Below are positions 18,908-29,082 of a stretch of DNA of 64,000 nucleotides, piece after piece. The notes below the pieces were generated by a model. The model did not search any database, was not told the DNA's origin, and was given only the letters and a program-made list of their open reading frames with translations. The translations under genes and the position numbers were made by a program. The first letter of the stretch is position 1. Every line of letters begins with the position of its first letter. The DNA comes from an uncultured bacterium (lineage in GTDB: Bacteria > Latescibacterota > UBA2968 > UBA8231). The DNA is taken from the NCBI GenBank assembly GCA_964011675.1, contig CAXGPR010000004.1, forward strand, positions 7,901 to 71,900, in the 5' to 3' direction.

Positions 18908-19984
18908 TTAAGAATAGCGATCCTCACCGCTGTTTTCCAATGCCTCAAGCACGTCGCGCACTCGCTGCGCTTCGTCTTTCTTACATATGAGTAAGGCGTC
19001 TTCTGTATCAACTACAACAACATCTTCCATACCTATTAGTGCAACCACCTTATCGGACGGCGCATAGACGGTGGCATCTCGCGAGTCGAGCGCTACGACC
19101 TGTGCAGAAAATAAGTTACCTTCTTTATCAGTTGGCAGCACGTCTGTCAAAGCTGCCCACGTGCCGATATCTCCCCATTCGATATCAGCCTCGATCGTCG
19201 CCACTTTTTCAGCTCGTTCTATGATCGCATTATCAATGGCAACAGATTTCAACTCGGGATACGCTTCGGCAATCACTTCTCTCTCTCGTCCGCTCCCTAC
19301 AGAACGCCCAATACGCTCCAAAATCTGATACATTTCGGGTTCGTAGCGAGCGAATAGATCGAGAACCGTCGCAGCTTTCCAGACAAACATATTGCTGTTC
19401 CACAAATACTGACCGCTCTTCACGTATTCTTGTGCACGAGTAATATCCGGCTTCTCTGTAAAAGCGTTAACGGTATAGATATCAACCTGGCGAACCGGCT
19501 CTAAAAGCGATCCGCGACGAATATACCCATACCCGGTTTCTGCGCGCGTGGGCGTCACTCCGAGCGTAAATAAATAGTCGGGATACGACTTGAGAGCCGC
19601 TTCTGCCGCCTGCAAGAGACGGCAAAACTCCTCGCTCTTACCGATGTAATGGTCGGACCCTAAACTAGCCACGACGCAACCGGGAAAGCGCGCCTCAAGC
19701 AGAGCACATTCTAGGCCCACCGCAGGTCCCGTATTACGAAGAGCGGGCTCAATCAGTAAGTGCTCGGCCGACAAATCTGGCAACTGCGTCCGCACGAGAT
19801 CGGCCATAGCCACACCGGTAGAAACAAATACGTCTTCGCAGTGACCGATCGGAGCAATGCGCGCTACCGCATCCTGCAGCATGGTTGTCGAGCCTGCCAT
19901 CGCGTGAAATTGTTTGGGACGATTTTTGCGACTAAAGGGCCACAGGCGCGTTCCGAAACCTCCTGCTCGAATAACAAATTTCAA
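18908..19984 (-). CDS. manC: Mannose-1-phosphate guanylyltransferase (GDP-mannose pyrophosphorylase)
   Basis: The N-terminal nucleotidyltransferase motif GGFGTRLWP...RPKQF and a C-terminal left-handed beta-helix-like region. Length 358 aa. Confidence 0.8.
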   Translation of the reverse strand: MKFVIRAGGFGTRLWPFSRKNRPKQFHAMAGSTTMLQDAVARIAPIGHCEDVFVSTGVAMADLVRTQLPDLSAEHLLIEPALRNTGPAVGLECALLEARFPGCVVASLGSDHYIGKSEEFCRLLQAAEAALKSYPDYLFTLGVTPTRAETGYGYIRRGSLLEPVRQVDIYTVNAFTEKPDITRAQEYVKSGQYLWNSNMFVWKAATVLDLFARYEPEMYQILERIGRSVGSGREREVIAEAYPELKSVAIDNAIIERAEKVATIEADIEWGDIGTWAALTDVLPTDKEGNLFSAQVVALDSRDATVYAPSDKVVALIGMEDVVVVDTEDALLICKKDEAQRVRDVLEALENSGEDRYS

Positions 19985-19995
19985 ATGTATGCCCC

Positions 19996-20991
19996 TTATT
20001 GTGGTATGATCGAAGAAAGGACGTACTCCAGCGGCACGTCGCCAACCTGTTCGACTTCTATGGCACGACCAGCTGCCAGCAAAGCCGTAGACCCTGCAGC
20101 CACGAGAAACGCATCGTATCCACCGCGCAGCCGGGCTTGACCACTGACCACCGTTAGTGCAGCGAAGCTTTCAACCGTCTCGCAAAGAGTTTCGGGAGAC
20201 CGCACATAGCGCGTATGAAAATGCTCGCAGTCTACCAGCACGCAGCCGTCTTCACTGGCGCCAGGCAGCGTCGACCAGGCCTGGGGAGTAGGCAACGTCT
20301 CAGAGAAATTGATTACATCTAGCGCTTGCCGTAGGTGGAGTTCCCGCGGCTTCCCATCTAGGCCGGGTCGATCGTAGTCGTAAATTCTAAAAGTAAGATC
20401 GCTCGACTGCTGCACCTCGTAGATCACCACGCCCGAGCACAGCGCATGCACTGTGCCAGGTGGCGAGAAAACCAAATCACCGCGCTGCACCGGAAAAAAG
20501 CGAATCACCTCTTCTACTTGACCTGCAGACAACGCCTCGGAAAAAGTGCGTTGGTCAACCCCGTCTGCGAGCCCGAAGGCCACGCGTCCCCCGTCGGAGT
20601 GAAGCACCAACCACGCTTCCATCTTACCATTATCTTGGAGGTTATTCGCCTGCGCATAGGCGTCATCTGGGTGCACCTGAATAGAGAGATCCTGTCGCGC
20701 ATCGAGCAGCTTTACCAACAGCGGCATGCACTGCCCATAACGCTCAACGACCGCTGAGCCAAGCAGGTCGGCTCCGTAGCGACGGACCAAATCACTCAGT
20801 CCAAGGCCCTCTAAGGAACCGGCACACACTCGGCTTTCCCGTCCCTGATAAGCCGACAATTCAAACGACTCACCGATCGGCACTTTTTCGGGGAGCGCTT
20901 TTCCGAACAGCGTTTGCAGGCGTCTGCCTCCCCAAACCATTTCACGAAAATAGGGGCTCAAAGGCAGTATATCAGGCACTCTCTCAGACAT
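19996..20991 (-). CDS. manA: Mannose-6-phosphate isomerase, class I
   Basis: The type I PMI N-terminal motif (REMVWGGRRL), a cupin core with His/Glu metal ligands, and a position adjacent to manC. Confidence 0.75.
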   Translation of the reverse strand: MSERVPDILPLSPYFREMVWGGRRLQTLFGKALPEKVPIGESFELSAYQGRESRVCAGSLEGLGLSDLVRRYGADLLGSAVVERYGQCMPLLVKLLDARQDLSIQVHPDDAYAQANNLQDNGKMEAWLVLHSDGGRVAFGLADGVDQRTFSEALSAGQVEEVIRFFPVQRGDLVFSPPGTVHALCSGVVIYEVQQSSDLTFRIYDYDRPGLDGKPRELHLRQALDVINFSETLPTPQAWSTLPGASEDGCVLVDCEHFHTRYVRSPETLCETVESFAALTVVSGQARLRGGYDAFLVAAGSTALLAAGRAIEVEQVGDVPLEYVLSSIIPQ

Positions 20992-21179
20992 AGTTTCGCC
21001 TCTTTTTCTTCAATTGGTTTTAACTTAGCGCACTCTAAAATATCCGGCAAGGTAAAGCCTGTTTGAGTGAACCCGCCATGCGGCTCCAATAAAGCGATTA
21101 ACCTGCCGCCGGAATGCACAGTTAGCGAAATTTGAAAACCGGCGTAAAGAGCACTCTACCTCAGTAGCACCTGACATGC

Positions 21180-22274
21180 TCACCCAAAATAATCGGGCTC
21201 AAGCACGAGACGCCGCGAAAGGGTGAGTAGCGTTTTCTTGGCTTCTAGGTCGGCGCGAAGCGGCAATTGAGCGACCCCTAAAAGACGGCGCATAATTTCT
21301 ACACCGGCAAAGCCCAATGCAAGATGCCGAGAGAAACCGATGGGGCCATCATAGCACGCAAAGACCTCGAAGGCGTATTCCAGTGGTTTGCCTGCCAACA
21401 GGAGATGCGCCACAAAAACGCCCACGTCGAACTCTGCTGGACCCAAAAAGCAAAATTCTGGATCAATGATCCACACGTCGTTCCCTGATTCGACCCAACT
21501 CCCCGGATAAAAATCGCCGTGTAAAAGCGACGTGCCCTCACCAAGGTAGCGCTGCCCAAGGTCTTTTACGGCCTGCGCGTATTGGGCATGCTCCTTCAGT
21601 GCGCGAGCAGAAGCGGAGAGCCCTGCGGTCAACTCATCGAGATCAAGACCGTTATCTGATTGCAGAGGTAGATCGAATATATGTTCGTGATTAAGCACAC
21701 GCATGCCCCGGTTTTCTAACGCACGTTGCGTTTGTCTATCAAACCGTGACTCGTGCAGAGCCGAAAGCCATCCGCACAAAGACTGAAGTGGCACATCCCT
21801 ACCCGCGCCGATTCCATATATGTGCATAAAATCGGCCGTCTCTCCCAAATCTTCCAATAGCATTACGCGCTGTCCCTCGTCAAAGTCCAGCAGACGGGGC
21901 ATGCGCGTAGCGACCGCTTCAGTAGAGGCTACCAATGAATAAAACAATGCCTCAATTGCAATCCGGCTATCGGGCGCAGGAATGGAAGGATATTTCTCTA
22001 CCCAAGGCCGAGACTGCTTTGCTATACATGAACGCCGTTCCGTGCATACGCGCAGCGTGCAGTTCATATTGCCCTCGCCCGCTCGCGAAACGTCTACTAC
22101 GCGTTCTCCCTCCCTTAACCATCCACGCTGCCTCAAGTATTCTTCTAGGTCTTCGCGATCCTCATCGTTCAATAGTCGGTAGTCGACCAAGTCGTGTACC
22201 ATATTGCTCAACCGTGCCTCAATAGTAGGTTCACCTGTTTGAGAAGCACGCAAATACTCGCCGCATTTACCCAA
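21180..22274 (-). CDS. MtnK-like (5-methylthioribose kinase family) sugar/small-molecule phosphotransferase
   Basis: GEGNMNCTLRV...IAKQSRPW...SRIAIEALF at the N-terminus and LLHGDFYPGSW...IDPEFCFLGPAEFDVGVF in the catalytic loop match the MtnK/APH-fold signature. Confidence 0.6.
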   Translation of the reverse strand: MGKCGEYLRASQTGEPTIEARLSNMVHDLVDYRLLNDEDREDLEEYLRQRGWLREGERVVDVSRAGEGNMNCTLRVCTERRSCIAKQSRPWVEKYPSIPAPDSRIAIEALFYSLVASTEAVATRMPRLLDFDEGQRVMLLEDLGETADFMHIYGIGAGRDVPLQSLCGWLSALHESRFDRQTQRALENRGMRVLNHEHIFDLPLQSDNGLDLDELTAGLSASARALKEHAQYAQAVKDLGQRYLGEGTSLLHGDFYPGSWVESGNDVWIIDPEFCFLGPAEFDVGVFVAHLLLAGKPLEYAFEVFACYDGPIGFSRHLALGFAGVEIMRRLLGVAQLPLRADLEAKKTLLTLSRRLVLEPDYFG

Positions 22275-22380
22275 CCGAATTGAAGAAGAGCGGCCTTTTC
22301 TCTACGCACTAACTTCACGATAATTAAACGATAACAGATTATTTTTCGCCACCAAATTAATCAAAAACGGAAGCCGATAC

Positions 22381-23421
22381 ATGCTTATACAGCAAGATCT
22401 TTTCATGAGCGGCCACGAATCATACCACACCTTTCGTATCCCCTCTATCATATGGACACAGGCCGGCTGCCTGCTAGCCTTTTGCGAAGGTCGAAGACGC
22501 AGTCAAGGAGATAGCGGCGATATAGACATTCTGCTCAGACGCAGCGATGATGGAGGACAGACGTGGTCATCTATTCAAACGGTGTGGGATGATCCGGACA
22601 ACACGTGTGGGAATCCATGCCCTGTTGTCGATCGTCAAAACGGTGCCATATCGCTTCTTCTGACACACAATATGGGCACCGACGTGGAACATCAAATCAT
22701 AGATGGGACAAGCAAAGGTACGCGCACAGTATGGTTGACGCGCAGCGAAGATGATGGACACACCTGGAGCCCTCCACGCAACATCACTGGCACGACTAAA
22801 AAAGCACATTGGACATGGTATGCCACGGGTCCAGGGGCGGGCATACAGCTGCGCAGTGGACGCCTCGTTATTCCCTGTGACCACATAGAAGCCACGAGTA
22901 AAAAATATTTTTCTCACGTCATATTCAGCGACGATGGGGGCATCAACTGGTCTCTCGGCGGCACGACACCACAAGACCAAGTTAACGAATGCGAGGTGGT
23001 CGAATTAGACGATAGACGCCTGCTGTTAAATATGCGAAACTACGATCCCAACCAGCGCACGCGCGCCATTTCTTACAGCGATGACGAGGGTATTAGCTGG
23101 TCTGACCTAGTGCGAAAAGACGAGCTGATCGAACCCATTTGCCAGGCGAGTCTGCGTCGATTAGAAACGGCCGAGGGAACAAAGCTGCTATTTACCAATC
23201 CCGCAAGCGAAGAAAAGCGCGAGAATATGACCGTGCGCCTGAGTGATGACAGCGGCCAAACCTGGCCACACCAAGGCACGCTACATGCAGGACCGGCCGC
23301 TTATTCGTGTCTGGTCGCTCTCCCAGACGGGCAAGCTGGATGCCTGTATGAATGCGGCTCGAATAGCCCGTACGAAGTAATTAGGTTTGCCCAATTTGAC
23401 CTTTCATGGCTCGGCGCCTAA
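22381..23421 (+). CDS. Exo-alpha-sialidase (GH33), with no signal peptide
   Basis: The FRIP motif (YHTFRIPS) plus five Asp-box/BNR repeats (SDDGGQTWS, SEDDGHTWS, SDDGGINWS, SDDEGISWS, SDDSGQTWP). Confidence 0.75.
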   Translation: MLIQQDLFMSGHESYHTFRIPSIIWTQAGCLLAFCEGRRRSQGDSGDIDILLRRSDDGGQTWSSIQTVWDDPDNTCGNPCPVVDRQNGAISLLLTHNMGTDVEHQIIDGTSKGTRTVWLTRSEDDGHTWSPPRNITGTTKKAHWTWYATGPGAGIQLRSGRLVIPCDHIEATSKKYFSHVIFSDDGGINWSLGGTTPQDQVNECEVVELDDRRLLLNMRNYDPNQRTRAISYSDDEGISWSDLVRKDELIEPICQASLRRLETAEGTKLLFTNPASEEKRENMTVRLSDDSGQTWPHQGTLHAGPAAYSCLVALPDGQAGCLYECGSNSPYEVIRFAQFDLSWLGA

Positions 23422-23460
23422 TAGGCAAACCGCACGCACCCATTGACCAGGAAAAACGCG

Positions 23461-24591
23461 ATGAAAATAACGGATATAAAGACGTTTGCCGTAGCACAAT
23501 TTGTCTATGTCAAGATCGAAACTGACTCGGGTTTGCACGGTCTGGGCGAAGCTTCTCTGAGCGGGCGCAGTCTGGCAGTGGTAGAGGCACTGCATGCCAT
23601 CAAACCCTCTCTAATTGGGCAGGACGCCACGCGTATAGAGTTTATATGGCAAGACATATTCCGCGGAACATTTTGGCGTGGCGGTCCCGTTTTACAGTCG
23701 GCGCTATCGGGAATTGACATTGCCCTGTGGGATTTGGCGGGCAAATCATTAAACGTGCCAACCTATCGACTATTGGGTGGTGCCTCACGCGAACGAGTCC
23801 TGCTCTATCGCCACGTGCGCTGTGACAGCATACCAAACATGATAGAGCACGCACACGCGTTGGTCAGTGAAGGCTATCGCGTGCTGCGCATATCACCTTT
23901 CGACGCCTTCGCCTCCGACGGCGTATTTGATGCGGTGCGCGGCCTGTGCGGTGCCGTCGACTACATGGCAGCACTGCGCGAAGCAGTAGGACACGATCCC
24001 CAGATCATATTTGAGGCCCACACGCGCCTCAATCCTCCCCAAGCCATCGAACTCTGTAATAGCCTGATACCCTATCGTCCCTTTTATGTGGAAGATCCCA
24101 TCCGCTCGGAAAATCCAGCGTCTTTTGCCCATCTGCGTTCACACACCAACGCGGCCCTCGGCACGGGTGAACAGCTACACGACAAGTGGATATTTCGCAC
24201 GCTTATTGAAGAAGAGCTAGTTGACTATTTACGCGTCGATATATGCCATGCCGGCGGCATAACCGAAGGTAAGAAAATCGCTTCTATGGCGGAGGTCCAC
24301 TATCAGGAACTAGCCTGTCACTATACGGCAAGTCCCGTCAGCACAGCGGCTATGCTCCATCTCAATCTGTCGATATCAAACTGTGCGGTTCAAGAATTCG
24401 CGCCCAGCGGCGGATGGATACATGACGTTATACAGACCACGCAAGTGCTGGAGGAAGGATATTTATATGCTTCGGACGCACCGGGCCTAGGCATTGAAAT
24501 AAACGAGCAGGCCGCTGCCGCACATCCGCCGACCCTCCCAGACGAACCACCGCACTGGCGACGTCCGGATGGATCGGTAAGCGATTGGTAA
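23461..24591 (+). CDS. Enolase-superfamily D-mannonate dehydratase (ManD) family protein
   Basis: The N-terminus MKITDIKTF...VKIETDSGLHGLGEASLSGR...IWQDIFRGTFWRGGPV aligns closely with ManD. The ATG at 23461 has an AGGAAAA SD; the ORF-track start at 23443 is a TTG. Confidence 0.8.
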   Translation: MKITDIKTFAVAQFVYVKIETDSGLHGLGEASLSGRSLAVVEALHAIKPSLIGQDATRIEFIWQDIFRGTFWRGGPVLQSALSGIDIALWDLAGKSLNVPTYRLLGGASRERVLLYRHVRCDSIPNMIEHAHALVSEGYRVLRISPFDAFASDGVFDAVRGLCGAVDYMAALREAVGHDPQIIFEAHTRLNPPQAIELCNSLIPYRPFYVEDPIRSENPASFAHLRSHTNAALGTGEQLHDKWIFRTLIEEELVDYLRVDICHAGGITEGKKIASMAEVHYQELACHYTASPVSTAAMLHLNLSISNCAVQEFAPSGGWIHDVIQTTQVLEEGYLYASDAPGLGIEINEQAAAAHPPTLPDEPPHWRRPDGSVSDW

Positions 24592-24668
24592 AACGGTAGG
24601 GAAAGAACGTAAAGGCGTCTTCCACTTTATTGGATGAATCGGAAGGCGGCTTATTAGATAGAAAAAGC

Positions 24669-27308
24669 TTAGTCTTGCAAACCTGCAAAGGCGCGAACGA
24701 ATATCAAAGAGCGGCTCTCGCTGTCCTCTTCAAAGCTGCGATGCTCCCAGCGAAAGCCCGCGTTCATAGTCAGCGAATAGCCCAAATACGAAGACTGATT
24801 TGACAGCTGAGCGGCTAAGACTGTGGCATTAAAGTCATCTTTGAAGCCGGCTGGAACTACTTCCGGTTTGTCTTCCATATTCCTAAATACGTCGAACTCA
24901 ATGCCGTATTCCACATAGGTTGTCGGCATGACAAAGTATTTAGAAGTCAGCATAAAGAAATGCGACCACTCAGTCGTAGCGAGGTCGGTTGCATTGGTCG
25001 GATTGATTTTGCGAAAGATACTCTTCCATCTGGGCCAAAGCTGCACGTTTTCAGATAGCACAATAGGGTAATCCGCCCGGTTGATCATCCCGAGAAAGAG
25101 GCGATCATCTCTGGTGTCTGCGGCAGCACCGCGCTGCTTCGTGAAATCGTACTTTACTTTGTTGTAAATCTTCAATTTGCCCAAGCGCTTATAATCGAGG
25201 GTGAAGTAGCCCGTGCTTATCAGCGCATCCGTCGCTTCTAACGGATCAACAACTTCGCGAAACCCCTCCGGATCTGTCCAGAACAACACGGTATCTTCAA
25301 TGTTGTCTTCGACAGAGCGAACGTATTCATACGCCCGAAGTTCTATGCCGGGCCAGTTCCAACGCCCCTGCACAATGGCGTAAAGTTGATCCGAGTTCCG
25401 CTTGCTGCTTATCTCATCTGTAACGGCCATCCCCACGACCATTTTGACGTTGTCGTTAAGGTGAACGCCTCCGTATGAATTCCACCCGCGCCGGTCTTGT
25501 CGATAGGGCAAATCCGCCAGGTTGTCGTTCTCAAAACGATCTATGATCCCGTTGTTGTTCATGTCGACGCCAAAAAGAAACTCTGGCGCATCTACACCGT
25601 ACCGCACAAAGGGCTCGTCGTAGTCGGGCAGCGTGTTATCATTTTGGTTGAAATCAGAAATAAAGTCCGAGTTTTCATCGTAGCCGGGAAAAACCTGCGG
25701 ATCGGGTAATCCTCCCGTGCCAAACGGCGTAGTGCCAAAGACAAAATCACCGCCCTGCCAGAGGCGCTGCCAGTCAGGAAAGCGGTCCTGATCGTCATTG
25801 TCATCGACGGCTTCAAAGGAGTAGCGCTGTAAGTTTTCATAGTCGATAAAACCGCGCGTATCGCTCATGAAAGAGCGCGTCGAGTATTCGGGATCGATGC
25901 GATAGACCTCGCCATAGGCAAAATAGGGATAAGCATCCTGCGAAGCCGTAAGATAGTAAGCGATCCCTTCACCTTGGGCTACTTTATGCTGCTGGAAATT
26001 CTGGTTGGGAAAGCGGCGAAAGGCACGGCTCATCACCCACTCTGAGCGCAGATTAAACCCGTTGGCGTCTTCAATATCGAAGTTGACACCGATAATATCA
26101 CGTCCCGTAGGAAGCCCGTAATCAAAGCGCACAAAACGCAGGTTTGATCCATCGCTCACGTTGCCGTGTGCCCGCTCGACAAGTAGGAAGACCGGTTCGT
26201 CTTGCCCGTTAACCTGTAGGTTTGAGGTGACTTCGATACGGTAATCGTTGGCGACGGCCAGTTCGAACTCAATTTCCCGAATGTCCTGAAACTTCTCGAC
26301 TTTATCATTTTCGTTGATCTGGAAGTCAGACAACACATTGTACGTCAGCTCTATCGACTCTACGCCATTTGCTTCAATCACTCCTCCGCGACGCACGCCG
26401 CCGCGCAGAACGGGTACAATTTCCGGATGTTCAACCCCGTCGATAAGAATCCGCTCTGAAAAGAGTCTAGTACCGCCTACGCCATCTTCGGGTGAATCAT
26501 CGCTGAGACGCAGGACAATCGTCTCAACTTGTCCCTCGTTTTGCGCACTCGTCAATACACCTTTTAGCGAGTTACGGCTCAGCTTACGCTTGCTGGAGAA
26601 GTTGGCTACGTTGAGATAGGTAAAACCGAGCCGGGAAAAGTCGTTGAGATGAACCTTGGCATGCCCACCGAAGAGGTTCGTCACATCCCCGAGTGTCTGA
26701 CCGCCTGCATTCTCACCCAAAACTACGGTTCCAGGCGAAGCGAGACGAGACGAAAGGATGGTTCCTTCGAAGTAGTCAGAGGCAAAATCCCACTGAATGC
26801 CGTTAAAAGCGGGCTTATTAAACGTAAGCGGGGTCAGGCGCGTGTTGATAGCGTCGCCTATCATTAACGCCGAATAGAATCCACCCTTGGACATTGAAGA
26901 TACGACGAGGTTGCGGAACCAGGAGCCGTATTTGGGCGCCTTCCGAACGCTCGTTCCCGAGTTAGTGGGGCTATCAATAGACCAATTGTAGATAGAGAAA
27001 CCGCGCGTCATGTAATTGCCATACATGTCGTAGGTGCGAAAACCTTCTAACTCCGTCGAGACGTACCGCTCGTAGTTTTCAGTAGCGTAGTTGGTATACC
27101 CATCGCCTGTCCACCTGTAGAAGTGGTAGAAGCTTTGAGACTGTTCCCACTTACGCATAGAAGGCGTCATCGCCATCTCATACACTTCTACGCCATGGGG
27201 CTCACGCCCGCTCAGAAAGGAAACTTTCTGAGCTTCGACCGGGGCCGTCATTAAGAGGGCCAAGGCGGATACGCTCAACACTAAATTTCTCATTTTTGGC
27301 ATACGCAC
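24669..27308 (-). CDS. Large (879 aa) secreted protein, likely outer-membrane associated; family not recognised
   Basis: A signal peptide (MRNLVLSVSALALLMTAPVEA). Beta-rich, with many aromatic and Gly/Asn/Asp-rich stretches and a DxNxNG-type motif (VDMNNNGIIDRFENDN). It lies between the sialidase/ManD genes and thiN. Confidence 0.5.
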   Translation of the reverse strand: MRMPKMRNLVLSVSALALLMTAPVEAQKVSFLSGREPHGVEVYEMAMTPSMRKWEQSQSFYHFYRWTGDGYTNYATENYERYVSTELEGFRTYDMYGNYMTRGFSIYNWSIDSPTNSGTSVRKAPKYGSWFRNLVVSSMSKGGFYSALMIGDAINTRLTPLTFNKPAFNGIQWDFASDYFEGTILSSRLASPGTVVLGENAGGQTLGDVTNLFGGHAKVHLNDFSRLGFTYLNVANFSSKRKLSRNSLKGVLTSAQNEGQVETIVLRLSDDSPEDGVGGTRLFSERILIDGVEHPEIVPVLRGGVRRGGVIEANGVESIELTYNVLSDFQINENDKVEKFQDIREIEFELAVANDYRIEVTSNLQVNGQDEPVFLLVERAHGNVSDGSNLRFVRFDYGLPTGRDIIGVNFDIEDANGFNLRSEWVMSRAFRRFPNQNFQQHKVAQGEGIAYYLTASQDAYPYFAYGEVYRIDPEYSTRSFMSDTRGFIDYENLQRYSFEAVDDNDDQDRFPDWQRLWQGGDFVFGTTPFGTGGLPDPQVFPGYDENSDFISDFNQNDNTLPDYDEPFVRYGVDAPEFLFGVDMNNNGIIDRFENDNLADLPYRQDRRGWNSYGGVHLNDNVKMVVGMAVTDEISSKRNSDQLYAIVQGRWNWPGIELRAYEYVRSVEDNIEDTVLFWTDPEGFREVVDPLEATDALISTGYFTLDYKRLGKLKIYNKVKYDFTKQRGAAADTRDDRLFLGMINRADYPIVLSENVQLWPRWKSIFRKINPTNATDLATTEWSHFFMLTSKYFVMPTTYVEYGIEFDVFRNMEDKPEVVPAGFKDDFNATVLAAQLSNQSSYLGYSLTMNAGFRWEHRSFEEDSESRSLIFVRAFAGLQD

Positions 27309-27393
27309 CTAATAGAGAACGGATTCTATGGAAGTGTCAAACATTATAAGTAGGAGATGAAAATCGAACAAGACCTAATATATCTACGTGCAG

Positions 27394-28053
27394 TCAAGTC
27401 GTCACCCACTCAACCGGGTCAAAATCTCCCTCTCGCTGCACCACTACAAGCAAATCACCGCACTCAACCCGGATTTCCACCGCACTGTCGGTCACTTCGT
27501 TAGAAATGCCATCGCGCACGCCCAATGCTAACGATTCCCCATTAAGAGCGAACTGGAGACCGCGCGTCGTGATGCCTGTAGCTTCTCCCCCTAGGGGGGT
27601 TAGGGAGATTTTCTGTCCAACCTGCGCACGCATTTTCACCGTTCCGCGCACTAGACGAACCTCGCAATAATCGTCTATGATGGACAGAAGCATCGCATCG
27701 CCGAACAATTTTAACATGCTCAGGTTCCACAGCCAGTGATCGGTCCGCCCGCCGGTAAAACCAACCAGCGTAGCTTCCCGAACGCCCAAATTCACCGCAT
27801 AGCGCAGCACCTTCTGCACGTCCGTGCCCGTGTTGTCGGCATCAACACCTATGACGCGCTCTGGCGGTGCCTCCGCACGTGCATTGGGCGAGAGAGAATC
27901 GAGATCTCCAATCACCGCGTAGGGCATCACACCATATGCATGGGCGGTATCCGCGCCACCATCGGCGCAGAGAACCACGGGATTCTCTTCCATCAGTCTG
28001 TTCCACAGTCCCAGCGACGGCCTTTCACCGTTACCAACGACAACTGCGCGCAC
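27394..28053 (-). CDS. thiN: Thiamine diphosphokinase (thiamine pyrophosphokinase)
   Basis: The TPK catalytic N-domain pattern (VVGNGE...LCADGGA...GDLDS) and the thiamine-binding C-domain. Length 219 aa. Confidence 0.75.
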   Translation of the reverse strand: MRAVVVGNGERPSLGLWNRLMEENPVVLCADGGADTAHAYGVMPYAVIGDLDSLSPNARAEAPPERVIGVDADNTGTDVQKVLRYAVNLGVREATLVGFTGGRTDHWLWNLSMLKLFGDAMLLSIIDDYCEVRLVRGTVKMRAQVGQKISLTPLGGEATGITTRGLQFALNGESLALGVRDGISNEVTDSAVEIRVECGDLLVVVQREGDFDPVEWVTT

Positions 28054-28131
28054 GAATACTCTCCTATTTTAGTTCGTCTCAGCGATTTCGACCTGTTTGC
28101 GTATATTCTAAAATAAAACTATAAACCCAAG

Positions 28132-28743
28132 GTGTTCAATATGCGCCACGCGCTCCTACTCTTGATGGCACTCGCGCTCCATCCGCTCGCGCTTGACGCA
28201 CAGGAACCCGGATTTTCCCCCGATCCCCAGTCGGCCTATCCCACATCGTTAACCGGGCGCTGGATCAACGAATTCTACTTCGCGCAACCAGGTCAAACAC
28301 CGCGTCAGTACTGGCAAATCATTGAACTCTTATCGGATGGAAGCACGCGGCACAGCTACTTTTCTCGCAATCCAACCGCACAGCCAGCCACCCCATACAC
28401 CAGCATTATTTCCAACTGGCAAGCGGGTTCTTTTATCGATCCACAAGTCGGCAAAAGCACGCTGTCTGTTATCCGTCTTAAGCCAAACCAACAGATCAAC
28501 TACGATGTAAACCGCAACCAGTTTCAGCATATACGAGGCAATTTTGGCGCCCAGTTTCGTCGCTATGCTCTATCACCAGACGGTGCGACATTAACGCTTT
28601 CAGAGCTGGTCGTGCTCGAAGTGCCGGGCAACATCGTCATATCTTTTCCCCCCACCGCACGCGACATGATATTTTCTCGCATGTTCACGCAACCGAGCGC
28701 CGTCGCCCCGACGAGTTGGGGACGAATAAAACAAATACGTTAA
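28132..28743 (+). CDS. Secreted hypothetical protein (203 aa)
   Basis: A signal peptide (MRHALLLLMALALHPLALDAQ). No recognisable family. Confidence 0.45.
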   Translation: MFNMRHALLLLMALALHPLALDAQEPGFSPDPQSAYPTSLTGRWINEFYFAQPGQTPRQYWQIIELLSDGSTRHSYFSRNPTAQPATPYTSIISNWQAGSFIDPQVGKSTLSVIRLKPNQQINYDVNRNQFQHIRGNFGAQFRRYALSPDGATLTLSELVVLEVPGNIVISFPPTARDMIFSRMFTQPSAVAPTSWGRIKQIR

Positions 28744-29039
28744 GGATCATACTGCACTGAGTGCTCGGACAACCGCTTTCGCACTTCGGCGTCGCTCGGA
28801 TCGTGCACGCGAACAAACAGTTCTTGTATCCCCTTTGAAGTCTGTATAACGCCTTTAAAGCCGCCCGGCATTTCGCTCTGTAGCTTGAAATCGCCTGCCG
28901 CACAGTGCCGACCAATTGATTTGCCGCCAATTGAGCGACTTATAATAACGGCCTCAACTCCGGGTATCCGCTCTATCGCGTCTATGGTCCGCCGTCCTTC
29001 TTTGTCAGTTGAACGATGCCGACCTCGACCTTTTCCCAC
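28740..29039 (-). CDS. Small basic hypothetical protein (99 aa) with a GTG start; family unresolved
   Basis: The ORF is convergent with and overlaps the upstream gene by 4 nt. Similarity to SUI1-like or KH-like proteins was considered but is not convincing. Confidence 0.3.
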   Translation of the reverse strand: MGKGRGRHRSTDKEGRRTIDAIERIPGVEAVIISRSIGGKSIGRHCAAGDFKLQSEMPGGFKGVIQTSKGIQELFVRVHDPSDAEVRKRLSEHSVQYDP

Positions 29040-29082
29040 GCTTCACCTCATCTATAACACATTCGTCGTGTCTAATTCATTC

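Noticed and set aside
28740-29039. Assigning the 99-aa basic protein to SUI1/YciH, SpoVS or KH-domain families
   Set aside because: Only short, patchy resemblance by eye and no consistent motif alignment. It is left as hypothetical.
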